Positions 53,702 through 63,957 of a DNA stretch of 64,000 nucleotides are shown here, piece by piece. A program made the position numbers and the translations under genes. The number at the start of each line of letters is the position of its first letter. Positions within the stretch are counted from its first letter, which is position 1. The notes beneath the pieces were generated by a model. That model was not told where the DNA came from. It saw only the letters and a list, made by a program, of their open reading frames with translations, and ran no database searches. The stretch spans positions 2,903 through 66,902 of the forward strand of contig JBGPTW010000011.1 of the NCBI GenBank assembly GCA_041490825.1. Direction: 5' to 3'. This stretch comes from Candidatus Methylomirabilia bacterium (GTDB taxonomy: Bacteria > Methylomirabilota > Methylomirabilia > Rokubacteriales > CSP1-6).

Positions 53702-54448
53702 ATGCCGCTCCCGGTCGCCGAATTCGCCGCCACGCTCCTGAAGGAGGCCCAGGAGACCCACCCCTGGCTCCATCACCCGCTCTTCCGGATGATCGCCGAC
53801 GGCGAGCTCAGCCGCGGCCAGGTCCAGCAGATCCTCCTCCAGCAAGGCTGCTTCTTCCTCGACACGCTCCGGCACGCCGCCTGGAAGATCATCTCGGTCG
53901 GCGGCTACACGCCGACGTACGAGGACCTCGAGCGCCAGCGCGCGCTCATTCCGCTCGTGGTCGAAGAAGGCGGCCACGACACGATCGGCGGCACGCAGAC
54001 GGCCCACGCCTTCTTGTTCGTCCGGCTGTGCGAGGGAATCGGGCTCACGCGCGATCAGGTGTTCAACACGGAGTACCTGCCGACCACGATCATCGAGAAG
54101 AACGAGCTGTTCCTGTTGCAGCGGTCCTCCACGGTCGAGGCGCTCTGCGGCGGTAACATCGCGACCGAGTCGATCAACGCCGGCGTGTGCCAGCGCCTCG
54201 CCGCGGCAATGGAGAAGCACTACGGCGTGCCCGGGAACGCGCTCGACTTCTACCGTGAGCACATGGAGGTCGAAGGCGACCACAGTGACCGCGCGGTGCA
54301 CATCCTGTCGAAGGTGGCCGTGACCGGCGAAGAGCAGAAGCGCGGGCTCCTGGCCTTGCGGCGAGCGATCACCGCCAGGCGCATCTGCGTCGAGGGAATG
54401 TACGAGGCGTTCGTCAGGGATCGCAAGGAGATCGGCCATGGCCGTTGA
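53702..54448 (+). CDS. heme-oxygenase-like diiron oxidase/oxygenase (TenA/PqqC/CADD superfamily)
   Basis: HPWLHHPLF, VVEEGG...TAHAFLF, ATES, FYREHMEVEGDH give a candidate E-H-E-H-E-H ligand set. Confidence 0.75.
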   Translation: MPLPVAEFAATLLKEAQETHPWLHHPLFRMIADGELSRGQVQQILLQQGCFFLDTLRHAAWKIISVGGYTPTYEDLERQRALIPLVVEEGGHDTIGGTQTAHAFLFVRLCEGIGLTRDQVFNTEYLPTTIIEKNELFLLQRSSTVEALCGGNIATESINAGVCQRLAAAMEKHYGVPGNALDFYREHMEVEGDHSDRAVHILSKVAVTGEEQKRGLLALRRAITARRICVEGMYEAFVRDRKEIGHGR

Positions 54449-55484
54449 CGCCCCACGGATCGATCAAGCGCTCGAGCAGTACATTGCCAGCCTGAGAGCC
54501 GCGGGACTCGATGCCCCGTGGACGCGCCCGGGGCCGCTCATCCAGCCGAAGGCGACCGCGGTGCAGCCGCGTCTGTGGCGCTGGAGCGACGTGGAGGCGC
54601 TGGTCCCGCGCAGCGCCGCGTTCATGAAGCCGGGTCGAGGGGCCGAGCGTCGCGTCGTCCGGCTCGACAATCCCGGCGTGCCGGAGCGAACCACGACGCA
54701 CACGATCTCCGTCGCGGTGCAGTATCTGCTGCCCGGTGAAGTGGCGCCGGCTCACCGCCATACCCCGAATGCGATTCGCTTCATGCTGTCGGGTGAGGGG
54801 GCGTACACCACCGTGGAAGGCGACCGCTGCCTCATGCGCCGCGGCGATCTGGTCTTGACGCCGAGCATGACGTGGCACGATCACGGCAACGCCGGCGGCG
54901 ACCCGGTCATGTGGATCGACGGTCTCGATTCGCCGCTCGTGCGCTACCTCGAAAATCTCCACGGCGAGGGCTATCCGGACGACGCTCAGACACCCGGCCG
55001 CGTCGCCGGGATCTCGGAGCGGAAGTTCGGCGCGCCGGGGCTACGCCCGGCGTGGCGATCGGCGGACACCCCGCCGCATCGAAGTCATCTCATTCACTAT
55101 CGCTGGGAGCCGACGCGCGCGGCGCTCTTCCGGCTGGCCGACGTCGACTCGAGTCCGTTCGACGACGTGATCATGGAATACGTCGATCCGGTGACGGGTC
55201 GCTCGGTGACGCCGGTGCTCGGCTGCTACATCCAGCTGCTCAGGCCCGGCGTGAAGACGCGCGCTCACCGCGAATCGAGCAGCGCCGTGTATCACGTCGT
55301 CGAAGGCAGCGGGGTGACGATGATCGACAACGAGCGTTTCGAATGGGGCACGGGCGACTTCTTCGCGATCCCGCCATCGGCGTCTCACCATCACGAGACG
55401 CGCGGCGGCGAGCCCGCGATTCTCTTCTCGTTCCAGGACGTCCCGTTGCTGAAGGCGCTGGGACTCTATCGAGTGGACGTGTGA
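54438..55484 (+). CDS. gentisate 1,2-dioxygenase-like bicupin
   Basis: EVAPAHRHTPNAIRF, TWHDHGN, WIDGLDSP, TRAHRESSSAVYHV. Confidence 0.85.
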   Translation: MAVDAPRIDQALEQYIASLRAAGLDAPWTRPGPLIQPKATAVQPRLWRWSDVEALVPRSAAFMKPGRGAERRVVRLDNPGVPERTTTHTISVAVQYLLPGEVAPAHRHTPNAIRFMLSGEGAYTTVEGDRCLMRRGDLVLTPSMTWHDHGNAGGDPVMWIDGLDSPLVRYLENLHGEGYPDDAQTPGRVAGISERKFGAPGLRPAWRSADTPPHRSHLIHYRWEPTRAALFRLADVDSSPFDDVIMEYVDPVTGRSVTPVLGCYIQLLRPGVKTRAHRESSSAVYHVVEGSGVTMIDNERFEWGTGDFFAIPPSASHHHETRGGEPAILFSFQDVPLLKALGLYRVDV

Positions 55485-55530
55485 GCCACAGAACGTCGCG
55501 GGGCTGGGGCTCCGCCGTCCGAGGCGAACG

Positions 55531-56484
55531 ATGATCAGTCGCCGAGCGTTCCTCGTCACGGCGACGGCGGCGCTGGCGAGGCCTCGGCGCGCCCGCGCGG
55601 CGGAGCCGGCGTCATTCTCGTTCGCGAGCACCTCCAGCGCGCTCGGCCTCACGACGCAAGTGATCCGCCGACTCGATCTCGAGAAGAAGTACGACCTCAA
55701 GCTCGACGTGAAGCTGCTCGACCCGGCGGCGGCGGAGAAGACCGTGCTGCTCCGTCAGGCCGACACCGGGCTCTTCCCGGTGATCACGGCCGCCGACGTC
55801 AGCCTGAAGGGCCAGGCGCTCGTCCTCTATGCGCCGCTGCTCTACATGCACACGTTCATGGTGGTGTGGCAGGACTCGCCGTACCAGAAGTTCGCCGATC
55901 TCCGGGGCAAGCGGATCGCGCTGCTCGACAAGGTGTCGGGCGCCTATCGCGGCATGGAGGTGCTCGCTGGGCGAGCGGGGATGAGCTTCGAGAAGGATTT
56001 CCAGGTCGTGACGGCTCCGCCGCCGGCGGTCATCGTATTCCTCCAGCGCAAACAGGCCGACGCGATCGTCATCCACGAGCCACTGGTCAGCAAGCTGCTG
56101 GCTGAAGGCAAGTTCCGCGTGGTGATGGGATTGAACGACGAGTGGCGGAAGACGTCCAGGCAGAACTGGCTGTTCCTCTGCGCGGCGGCGTATCGCGACT
56201 GGCTCGACCGGAATCGCGCGGCGGCCAAGCGGCTCTGCGACATGCTGGTCGACGCTGCGCGACAGATCAACAAGAATCCCGATCTGATCGAGGCCGAGGC
56301 CGCGTTCCTCGGATTGAAGACCAAGACGGAGATCGACCTGGCGCGCGAGCGGATGCCGCAGTTCTATCCAGGCGAGTGGAACGAGGCGGTCGTCGCCGGT
56401 GTCTTCGAGAGCGTGCGCGAGGCCGCGCGTCTGGGGCAGATCAAGCAGGCGCCGGGACCGGAGCTCGTCGCGCTGCTGCGCTGA
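55531..56484 (+). CDS. NitT/TauT/SsuA-type ABC substrate-binding protein with Tat-like signal
   Basis: MISRRAFL signal; DLRGKRIAL; ADAIVIHEP. Confidence 0.82.
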   Translation: MISRRAFLVTATAALARPRRARAAEPASFSFASTSSALGLTTQVIRRLDLEKKYDLKLDVKLLDPAAAEKTVLLRQADTGLFPVITAADVSLKGQALVLYAPLLYMHTFMVVWQDSPYQKFADLRGKRIALLDKVSGAYRGMEVLAGRAGMSFEKDFQVVTAPPPAVIVFLQRKQADAIVIHEPLVSKLLAEGKFRVVMGLNDEWRKTSRQNWLFLCAAAYRDWLDRNRAAAKRLCDMLVDAARQINKNPDLIEAEAAFLGLKTKTEIDLARERMPQFYPGEWNEAVVAGVFESVREAARLGQIKQAPGPELVALLR

Positions 56485-56490
56485 GCGCCA

Positions 56491-57264
56491 ATGGCCGAGC
56501 CGCGGCGCCGCCTCGGGAGCCGGGTCGCGTGGGTGCTGTCGGTGGGCGCCATCCTTCTGGTGTGGAGCGGCATCGCGGCGTTCTTTCCGCCGACGCTCCT
56601 GCCGAACCCGGCCATCGTCGGCCGGCGTCTCCTCGAATTGATCCGAGACGGCGAGTTCGGGGTCCACCTCGCGGCCACGCTGCGGCGGGTCGTGGCCGGA
56701 TTCGCGATCGCCTTCGTCGTCAGCGTGGCCGCCGGCATGCTGATGGGCGCGCGGCGGATCGCGGAGAGCGTTTTCGAGTCGTGGGTCCTCGTCGGACTCA
56801 CGGTGCCCGGTCTCTGCTGGGCCGTGCTCGCCGTCATGTGGTTCGGCATCACGGAGATCGCGCCGGTCTTCGCGATCGTCGTCGTGGTGCTGCCGATGCT
56901 GACGCTGAACATCTGGCAGGGCACGAAGAGCGTCGATCGCGACCTGATCGAGATGGCCGCGGTGTTCCACGCCTCCCGCTGGACGATGCTGCGCGACGTC
57001 GTGTTGCCGCAGCTGCTGCCGTTCTGCCTGGCCGGCGCGCGCCTCGGCTTCGCGCTCGGCTGGAAAATCGTGGTGCTGTCCGAGATGTTCGGGCTGTCGA
57101 GCGGTGTCGGATACATGATCAACCGTAGCTTCTCGTCGTATTCCATGGACGACGTGCTCGCCTGGACCGTCGGGTTCACGACGGTCATGTTCGCGTTCGA
57201 GTACGCCGTCATGCTTCCGATCGAGCGCCGGCTGCTGCGCTGGCGCCCGGTGGTGGCGTTTTGA
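56491..57264 (+). CDS. NitT/TauT-type ABC permease
   Basis: TLRRVVAGF, DRDLIEMAAVFHAS, LGWKIVVLSEMFG. Confidence 0.9.
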   Translation: MAEPRRRLGSRVAWVLSVGAILLVWSGIAAFFPPTLLPNPAIVGRRLLELIRDGEFGVHLAATLRRVVAGFAIAFVVSVAAGMLMGARRIAESVFESWVLVGLTVPGLCWAVLAVMWFGITEIAPVFAIVVVVLPMLTLNIWQGTKSVDRDLIEMAAVFHASRWTMLRDVVLPQLLPFCLAGARLGFALGWKIVVLSEMFGLSSGVGYMINRSFSSYSMDDVLAWTVGFTTVMFAFEYAVMLPIERRLLRWRPVVAF

Positions 57265-58025
57265 CCGAGCGCGATGCCGCTGGCCTCGAGGTGGCCGGCG
57301 TCCGCAAGACGTTCCGTCGAAGCGACGGCCGGCAGCTCGTCGTGCTGGATCATCTGAGCTTTCAGGTCGAGCCGCGCGGCTTCGTGTGCCTCGTCGGCCC
57401 GTCGGGTTGTGGCAAGTCCACCATCCTGAATCTGCTGGCAGGACTCCTCGCGCCGGACGTGGGACACGTCCTGATCGGCCATGAACCGCTCAGTCGGGTC
57501 AGCCATCGCATCGGGTACGTGTTTCAGAAGCCCCGGCTCCTCAACTGGCGCACGGTGCGGCAGAACGTCGAGTTCGGGCTGCGGGCCGCCGGCGTCGCGG
57601 GCCGTGAAGCGAGCGATCGCGCGCGAGCCGCGCTGGCGCTCGTCGGGCTCGACACGTTCGCCGACGAGTATCCACTGGTGCTCTCGGGCGGAATGCAGCA
57701 GCGCGTGGCCATTGCGCGCGCGCTCGCGATCGAGCCGCAACTGCTCTTGATGGACGAGCCGTTCAGCCATCTGGACGAGCTGACGGCGCGGGCGCAGCGG
57801 CGCGAGCTGCTCCGCTATCGCGAGAAGATCAACGCGACGGTCGTCTTCGTGACCCACAACGCCCTCGAGGCGACGTACCTCGCCGACTCCGTGTACGTGC
57901 TCGCCCCGTGTCCGGCGCGCATCACGGCGACGTTCGCGGTCGACAGCCCGCGCAGCCGCGAGCTCGAGGATCCGTACGTCGTCGACGTGCAGCGCGCCGT
58001 GCTGAAGGCGCTCGGTGTCGAGTAA
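57261..58025 (+). CDS. NitT/TauT-type ABC ATP-binding protein
   Basis: GPSGCGKST, LSGGMQQRV, MDEPFSHLD. Confidence 0.92.
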   Translation: MTERDAAGLEVAGVRKTFRRSDGRQLVVLDHLSFQVEPRGFVCLVGPSGCGKSTILNLLAGLLAPDVGHVLIGHEPLSRVSHRIGYVFQKPRLLNWRTVRQNVEFGLRAAGVAGREASDRARAALALVGLDTFADEYPLVLSGGMQQRVAIARALAIEPQLLLMDEPFSHLDELTARAQRRELLRYREKINATVVFVTHNALEATYLADSVYVLAPCPARITATFAVDSPRSRELEDPYVVDVQRAVLKALGVE

Positions 58026-58027
58026 GC

Positions 58028-58108
58028 TTCACGAAGGGCTGCCCGGTGTCGCGGTCGGCCCCGCGCGGGATCAAGATCGAGTGGGACGGTGAAGTGGAAG
58101 AGGAGTGA
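58028..58108 (+). pseudogene. possible 3' remnant of an OsmC/Ohr-family gene
   Basis: FTKGCPVSRSAPRGIKIEWDGEVEEE* resembles the OsmC C-terminal CPVS motif. Confidence 0.3.
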
Positions 58109-58175
58109 TCAGATACGCTACGATGCCAGACGTCATGACACGGGAATCGGTGAAACCGGTGAGGGAGAGAGTGAG

Positions 58176-59198
58176 ATGACGCCGAACAGCTACTGGCGAA
58201 TGCCTGGGATCGCGTTTGTCGTTCTGGTGTCGCTGGTCGCCACGGTCTTCGCGGCCGACCCGTGCCCGCATCGAGGAAAGCTGGACGCGCTGTACTGTGA
58301 CGAGAACCGTGATCTCGTCGCCGATCCGCCGAAGGACCCCTCGAAGCTCATCAATCCCGACACGCTGGTGTTCTCGTACGTGCCGGTCGAGGACCCCGCC
58401 GTGTACGAAGGCGTGTGGATCGACTTCCTCGAGCATCTCGGCCACGTCACCGGCAAGAAGACGAAGTACTTCGGACTGCAGAACTACGCGGCCGAGATCG
58501 AGGCCATGCGCTCGGGTCGGCTGCACGTCGCCGGCTTTTCGAGCGGCAGCGTGCCGTTCGCCGTCAACGTCGCAGGCGCCGTGCCGTTCGCGATCATGAG
58601 CAGGGGCGCGGTCAAGTCGGGCTACCACCTGGTCGTGATGGTCCAGGCCAAGAACGACAAGATCAACTCGATCGCCGATCTGAAGGGCAAGCGCGTGGCC
58701 CACGTGTCGCAGACATCTAACTCCGGTCATCAGGCGCCCGTGTACCTCTTCTCCAAGATGGGCGTCGTGCCGGGCAAGGACTACCAGATCGTCTTCTCGG
58801 GCAAGCACGACACGAGCGCGCTCGGCGTCGTCAACGGCGACTACGACGCGGCGGCCGTGGCCGACGAGGTGGTCAGGCGGATGGTGGCGCGCGGCGTGAT
58901 CAAGGCCAGCGACTACAAGATCATCTACACGTCGCCGCTGTTCCCGACGACCGGCTATACCTACGCCCACAATCTCGATCCCAAGCTCGTCGACAAGATC
59001 AAGCAAGCCTTCCTGACCTTCAAGTTCGACGGGACGAGCATGGCGAAGGAATTCGGCGTGAGCAGGTACACGGCCTTCCTGCCGATCAACTACGCGAAGG
59101 ACTGGGAGCCGGTGATCGGCATCCAGGACGCGAACGGCGTCGTCTACAGCAAGGACTCGGAAGACTACAAGAAGCTGCACAAGCCGACGAAGGACTGA
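58176..59198 (+). CDS. phnD: phosphate/phosphite/phosphonate ABC substrate-binding protein
   Basis: [33 protein letters not shown]. Confidence 0.9.
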   Translation: MTPNSYWRMPGIAFVVLVSLVATVFAADPCPHRGKLDALYCDENRDLVADPPKDPSKLINPDTLVFSYVPVEDPAVYEGVWIDFLEHLGHVTGKKTKYFGLQNYAAEIEAMRSGRLHVAGFSSGSVPFAVNVAGAVPFAIMSRGAVKSGYHLVVMVQAKNDKINSIADLKGKRVAHVSQTSNSGHQAPVYLFSKMGVVPGKDYQIVFSGKHDTSALGVVNGDYDAAAVADEVVRRMVARGVIKASDYKIIYTSPLFPTTGYTYAHNLDPKLVDKIKQAFLTFKFDGTSMAKEFGVSRYTAFLPINYAKDWEPVIGIQDANGVVYSKDSEDYKKLHKPTKD

Positions 59199-59209
59199 TC
59201 GGCGCCGGC

Positions 59210-59965
59210 TTGCTCGAGGTCAAGGATCTCGCCAAGCGGTATCCGACGGGCGACCACGCCCTCCGCGGCGTCTCGCTCACCATCGACGGCAGCGACGCCG
59301 TCTTCATCATCGGGCCGTCGGGCGCCGGCAAATCCACGCTGCTCCGCTGCATCAATCGGCTCGTCGAGCCCGACGCCGGCTCCGTCCGTCTCGACGGACT
59401 GGAGATCACCACGCTGACCGGATCCGAGCTGCGCGCCGCCCGCCGCAAGATGGCGATGATCTTCCAGGAGTTCAACCTCGTCGAGCGGCTCACGGTGATG
59501 GAGAACGTGCTGTCGGGCCGCCTCGGTTACGTCTCGACGTGGCAGGCGTGGCGGCGCCGATTCCCGCCCGACGACGTCGAGACCGCGTTCCGCACGTTGC
59601 AGCGAGTCGGTCTCGAGGGCTTCGAGAACAAGCGCGCCGATGCATTATCGGGGGGCCAGCGCCAGCGCGTCGGCATCGCGCGCGCGCTCGTCCAGCGCCC
59701 GAAGATTCTCCTGGTGGACGAGCCGACCTCGAGCCTCGACCCGCGGACCTCCGACGCGGTGATGCGGCTCATCGTCGAGCTGGCCGCCGAGGCCGGCATC
59801 CCCGCGCTGGTCAACATCCACGACGTGCCGCTGGCGCGCGCGTTCGCCAAACGCATCGTCGGGTTGCGGAACGGCGTTGTCGTCTACGACGGCACGGCCA
59901 GCGAGCTGACGCCCGCGGCCCTCGAGCGCGTGTACGGGGGCACCTCGCTCGCCGCCGAGTCATGA
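59210..59965 (+). CDS. phnC: phosphonate ABC ATP-binding protein
   Basis: [40 protein letters not shown]. Confidence 0.92.
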   Translation: MLEVKDLAKRYPTGDHALRGVSLTIDGSDAVFIIGPSGAGKSTLLRCINRLVEPDAGSVRLDGLEITTLTGSELRAARRKMAMIFQEFNLVERLTVMENVLSGRLGYVSTWQAWRRRFPPDDVETAFRTLQRVGLEGFENKRADALSGGQRQRVGIARALVQRPKILLVDEPTSSLDPRTSDAVMRLIVELAAEAGIPALVNIHDVPLARAFAKRIVGLRNGVVVYDGTASELTPAALERVYGGTSLAAES

Positions 59966-60756
59966 TGGCGGCGGCGCGCGCCTGGCGACCGCCGTCGATC
60001 TGGCCGCGACCGTGGATCGGCCCGACGCTCTGGATCATCATTGCCGGGTTTCTCGTCTGGAACGTCTTCGAGCTCGAGATCGATCCGGTGCGTGTGGCCC
60101 GTGGCGTCGCGCGCTTCAGCACCGTGCTCGCGCGCGCGTTTCCGCCCGACTTCCACCGCGCCGGGCTCATCACGACGGGCGTGCTCGAGAGCGTCGAGAT
60201 GGCAACGCTGTCCACGCTCCTCGGCGTGCTGCTCGGCATTCCGGTGGCGGTGCTCGGCGCGCGCAACGTCGTCCCGCTGCTCGTGTACCTCGGTGGTCGG
60301 GGCACGATCACGATCGGCCGCACGTTCCACGAGCTGATCGTCGCGATTCTCTTCGTGAAGGCGCTCGGCTTCGGCGTCTTCGCCGGCGTGCTGACGCTCA
60401 CGGTCAACTCCGTCGGATTCTTCTCGAAATTGCTGGCCGAAGAGATCGAGACGATCGACCGCGGACAGATCGAGGCGATCCGCGCGACGGGCGCCTCACG
60501 CGGCCAGGTGCTGATCTACGCCGTGCTGCCGCAGGTGCTGCCGCGCATCGTCGGACTCACCGTCTACCAGTGGGACATCCACCTCCGGCAGTCGACCATC
60601 ATCGGCATCGTCGGCGCCGGCGGCATCGGCGCCACGCTCTACAACGCCTTCGCGCGCTACGACTTCGACTTCGTGCTGGCCATCCTCATCGTCATCGTGG
60701 CGATCGTGCTGGTCGGCGAGGCGCTGAGCGCGCTGGCGCGCGCGGCGGTGCAGTGA
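59962..60756 (+). CDS. phnE: phosphonate ABC permease
   Basis: [31 protein letters not shown]. Confidence 0.9.
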   Translation: MMAAARAWRPPSIWPRPWIGPTLWIIIAGFLVWNVFELEIDPVRVARGVARFSTVLARAFPPDFHRAGLITTGVLESVEMATLSTLLGVLLGIPVAVLGARNVVPLLVYLGGRGTITIGRTFHELIVAILFVKALGFGVFAGVLTLTVNSVGFFSKLLAEEIETIDRGQIEAIRATGASRGQVLIYAVLPQVLPRIVGLTVYQWDIHLRQSTIIGIVGAGGIGATLYNAFARYDFDFVLAILIVIVAIVLVGEALSALARAAVQ

Positions 60757-61550
60757 GCGAATCCGTGGCTCGCGCCTGGCGCCGCTTCACGCCGGCGCAA
60801 ACGATCGCACGGACGCTCGGCCAGCTCGCCGTGGCGGTCCTCGCCGCCTGGATGATCGCGCGGCTCGGCATCCGCTGGGATTACGTGGCCGACGCGCCGG
60901 CGCAAGTTGGCGATCTCCTCCACCGGATGTTTCCACCGGAGTGGCAGTTCGCGGGCACGCTCGTGCGCCCGCTGATCCAGACCGTCAACATCGCGACGCT
61001 CGGCACCGCGGTGTCGGTCGTGCTGTCCATTCCCGTCGCGGTCCTGGCGGCCCGGAACACGACACCGAACATCGTCACGTACGGTCTCGGCCGGGTGCTG
61101 ATGGTCGTGAGCCGCTCGGTGGACACGCTGATCTGGGCGCTGATCTTCATCATCGTCGTCGGGCCGGGCTCGCTGGCCGGCGTGCTCGCCGTCTCGATGC
61201 GCTCGATCGGGTTCGTCTCCAAGCTCTTCGCCGAGGGCATCGAGGAGGTCAACCGGGGCCAGGTCGAGGCCATCGTCGCGACGGGCGCGAGCCGCTGGAA
61301 AGTCCTCCTCTATGCTGTCGCGCCGCAGGTCCGGCCGGTCTTCGCGGGCGTCTCGATCTATCGTTGGGACATCAACATCCGCGAGTCGACCGTGCTCGGC
61401 ATCGTCGGCGCCGGCGGGATCGGCTTCGTCCTGAACGAGGCGATTCTCGGGCTCGAGTGGAGCCGCGTCGGTCTGGTGCTCGTCGTGATCCTCGCCGTCG
61501 TCGTTGCATCCGAAGCCGTCTCCGCGCTGCTTCGAAAGCGCCTGACCTGA
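60753..61550 (+). CDS. phnE: phosphonate ABC permease (second copy)
   Basis: [39 protein letters not shown]. Confidence 0.9.
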   Translation: MSESVARAWRRFTPAQTIARTLGQLAVAVLAAWMIARLGIRWDYVADAPAQVGDLLHRMFPPEWQFAGTLVRPLIQTVNIATLGTAVSVVLSIPVAVLAARNTTPNIVTYGLGRVLMVVSRSVDTLIWALIFIIVVGPGSLAGVLAVSMRSIGFVSKLFAEGIEEVNRGQVEAIVATGASRWKVLLYAVAPQVRPVFAGVSIYRWDINIRESTVLGIVGAGGIGFVLNEAILGLEWSRVGLVLVVILAVVVASEAVSALLRKRLT

Positions 61551-61587
61551 GCGCGTCGCGGGTGGGCTGCCTGCTGCGAGGCCGTCT

Positions 61588-62805
61588 GTGAGCCCGCTCG
61601 ATCGTCGTCTTGCCGGGCGCAGCGTGACGATCGCGGCGCTGACGCTCGCGGTCCAGAACGGCGTCTACATGTCGTTCGCCGTCCTGTACTTGCCGCTCAT
61701 CGACGAATTCCGCGGCACGCGGGCCGAGGTCGCGACGGTGCACTCCGCCGTGCTGCTGCTCGGCGGCCTCGGCTCGCCGATGATCGGCTGGGCTTTCGAT
61801 CGTCTGGGACCACGCCGATTGTTCCAGTACGGCGCGGTCGTGGCTGCGATCGGCTTTCTCCTCGCCAGTCGCGCGCACTCGCTGCCGGAGCTCGTGCTGA
61901 CGTACGGGATCGTCGGCGGCTTCGGTCTGGCGATGCTCGGCAGCCAGGCCAACATGATCGTCGCCGCGCTCTGGTATCCGGCGACGCGCGGGCGCGCCAT
62001 CGCGCTCGTGGATCTGGGCACGGGCGCTGGCGCGTTCGCGTTCTTGCCGCTCGCGCAGGCGCTGGTGGACCGCGTAGGCTGGCGCGGCACGCTGCTGGTG
62101 TGGGTGGCGCTGCTGCTCGCGGTCGTCGTACCGCTCAACGTGTTGCAACGGCTGCCGCCACGATCGCCTGTTGACGTGAGCAACGTCTCGTCTCCCGCGC
62201 GCTGGACGCTCGGCACCGCGCTTCGCTCGCCGGCGTTCTGGTGGCTGGCGGCGATGCGGTTCTGCGGCGCGTGCGCGTTCCCGGTGATGAACACGCACAT
62301 GGTCGCGTACGCGATCGGGCAGGGGATTGCGCCGGAACGCGCGGCCACGGCGCTGGGCGCCGTGAGTCTCGTGAGTCTGGTCGGGAGATTCAGCACCGGC
62401 GCGCTATCCGATCGCATCGGTCGCGCGCCGACGCTGACGCTGGCGTACGCGAGCGCGGCGCTGGGCATCGGATGTCTCTCGATGCTGTCACTTCACGGCG
62501 CGGGGTGGTGGCTCGTGCTCTACGTCGTCTGGTACGGACTGGCGCAGGGCTCGACGGGCATCATCGGCTCGGCGCGTACGGCGGACATCTTCGCGGGCCC
62601 GACCTTCGGCTCGATCTTCGGCTGGGTCGCGCTGGCCATCGGTCCGGGTGAAGCGTTCGGCGCGTGGGTGGGCGGCCGGATCTACGACGGCGCGGGCAGC
62701 TATCTGCCGGCGTTCGCGTTCGTGATCGTCGCGCTCGCGGGTGGGGTGTTCGCGATCTGGCGGGTGCGGGCTGAACCGCGCGCGTCGTCGACGCTGGCGT
62801 CCTGA
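61588..62805 (+). CDS. MFS transporter (OFA/MCT-like)
   Basis: ~12 TMs; GWAFDRLGPRR, ALSDRIGR motifs. Confidence 0.88.
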   Translation: MSPLDRRLAGRSVTIAALTLAVQNGVYMSFAVLYLPLIDEFRGTRAEVATVHSAVLLLGGLGSPMIGWAFDRLGPRRLFQYGAVVAAIGFLLASRAHSLPELVLTYGIVGGFGLAMLGSQANMIVAALWYPATRGRAIALVDLGTGAGAFAFLPLAQALVDRVGWRGTLLVWVALLLAVVVPLNVLQRLPPRSPVDVSNVSSPARWTLGTALRSPAFWWLAAMRFCGACAFPVMNTHMVAYAIGQGIAPERAATALGAVSLVSLVGRFSTGALSDRIGRAPTLTLAYASAALGIGCLSMLSLHGAGWWLVLYVVWYGLAQGSTGIIGSARTADIFAGPTFGSIFGWVALAIGPGEAFGAWVGGRIYDGAGSYLPAFAFVIVALAGGVFAIWRVRAEPRASSTLAS

Positions 62806-63145
62806 GTGCGTCCCTGTTCAGGATTGTCGGCCGAGTGAAGAGCGCCTATGCTTTGCGCGAGAGGAACAAAAGGAGGGCAAGATCGGGTATCTGCCTCGGA
62901 CGCACTCGTTCCTCATCACGCAGGATCACATGGTGTCTCTCCCAGCTGCTCCGGGGGTGTACTCCTGACCGCGCTGTGATACAAGAGCGTTTGAATGGAC
63001 AAGACATTCCTTGCCCTTTGTGCCTTTTCGGGGTCTTCCGTGGGTGACTATAGATCTTTCTCTGGGGGTCCAGAGAGGGCTGGGAGCGAGGGCCCCGGGG
63101 GCGGCTCCTCCGGGCCAGTGGACCCTGGAAGGGACCGACCGACGC

Positions 63146-63955
63146 ATGATCTGCTACATAATCAACCTGGAACGCCACCCCACTCGCCTGCAGTCGTTCC
63201 TGCAGCAGTTCGACAGCAGCGATCTGAGCGCCGCAGAGCTGCGGCGGTTCCGAGCGGTCGACGCCGCGAGCGTCTGGCCGCAGGCCCGGGCCTTCGTGTA
63301 CGCGCCGGCGCTGGCCAGGCTCGCCGCCGTCGAACGCCGCGGGTTCCGCCAGAAGCACGCCGAGATGCCGTCGAAGGGTGGCGTGGGGTGTGCGCTCAGC
63401 CACCTGTGCACCTGGCTCGACATCCTGTCCGACGCGGCTGCCCCCGAAAGCCAGCAATACTTGGTGATGGAAGACGACGCGCGCGTGCCCAGGCGCCTGG
63501 TGGCCTCCGTGCAGAACGCGCTGGAGGGCATGCCGACCGGCTGGGACATCCTACTGCTGGGCTGCCGCACCCCCCAGCCCAGCATGGTCACCAAGCACAC
63601 GACGCACGTGAACATAGGGCTGTTCCAGGGCACACACGCGTACCTGATCAGCAAGGCGGCGGTGCGCAAGATCTTTGCGAACAGCGCGCTGCCCATGAGG
63701 GTGCAGATAGACGCCTACCTGAGTCAGCTGGCGCAGGCCAAAAACCTCAAGATCTACGCGCTGCCGAAGCAACTGGTCGGCGTGCACCTGCAGCACTGGC
63801 GTTCCAGCGTCCAGCTCGACTACGACTTCGAGCACGCGCACGCTAAGCTGACGTACGACCACCCGTTCGAGATGGCGACTGTGTCGACGGGTGTCGAGGA
63901 CCTGGAGAGACTCGGCGCCCTCCGGGTGCAGTGCGGGGTTGAACGCTTGCGATAG
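63146..63955 (+). CDS. glycosyltransferase family 25
   Basis: YIINLERHPTRL, FRAVDA, GGVGCALSH, LVMEDDA, GTHAYLIS, QIDAYL; start ATG 63146. Confidence 0.85.
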   Translation: MICYIINLERHPTRLQSFLQQFDSSDLSAAELRRFRAVDAASVWPQARAFVYAPALARLAAVERRGFRQKHAEMPSKGGVGCALSHLCTWLDILSDAAAPESQQYLVMEDDARVPRRLVASVQNALEGMPTGWDILLLGCRTPQPSMVTKHTTHVNIGLFQGTHAYLISKAAVRKIFANSALPMRVQIDAYLSQLAQAKNLKIYALPKQLVGVHLQHWRSSVQLDYDFEHAHAKLTYDHPFEMATVSTGVEDLERLGALRVQCGVERLR

Positions 63956-63957
63956 GA

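Noticed and set aside
58138-58165. GGGAATCGGTGAAACCG resembling the start of a cobalamin riboswitch
   Set aside because: The downstream conserved CCCGC-ACTGT and B12-box elements are absent and the space before phnD is too short.
62846-63015. Minus-strand HHVILRDEER reminiscent of a REP-associated tyrosine transposase N-terminus
   Set aside because: Only about 10 residues resemble it, spacing to the PGA-like motif is wrong, and there is no HUH or catalytic Tyr motif. A Y1_Tnp HMM search would settle it.
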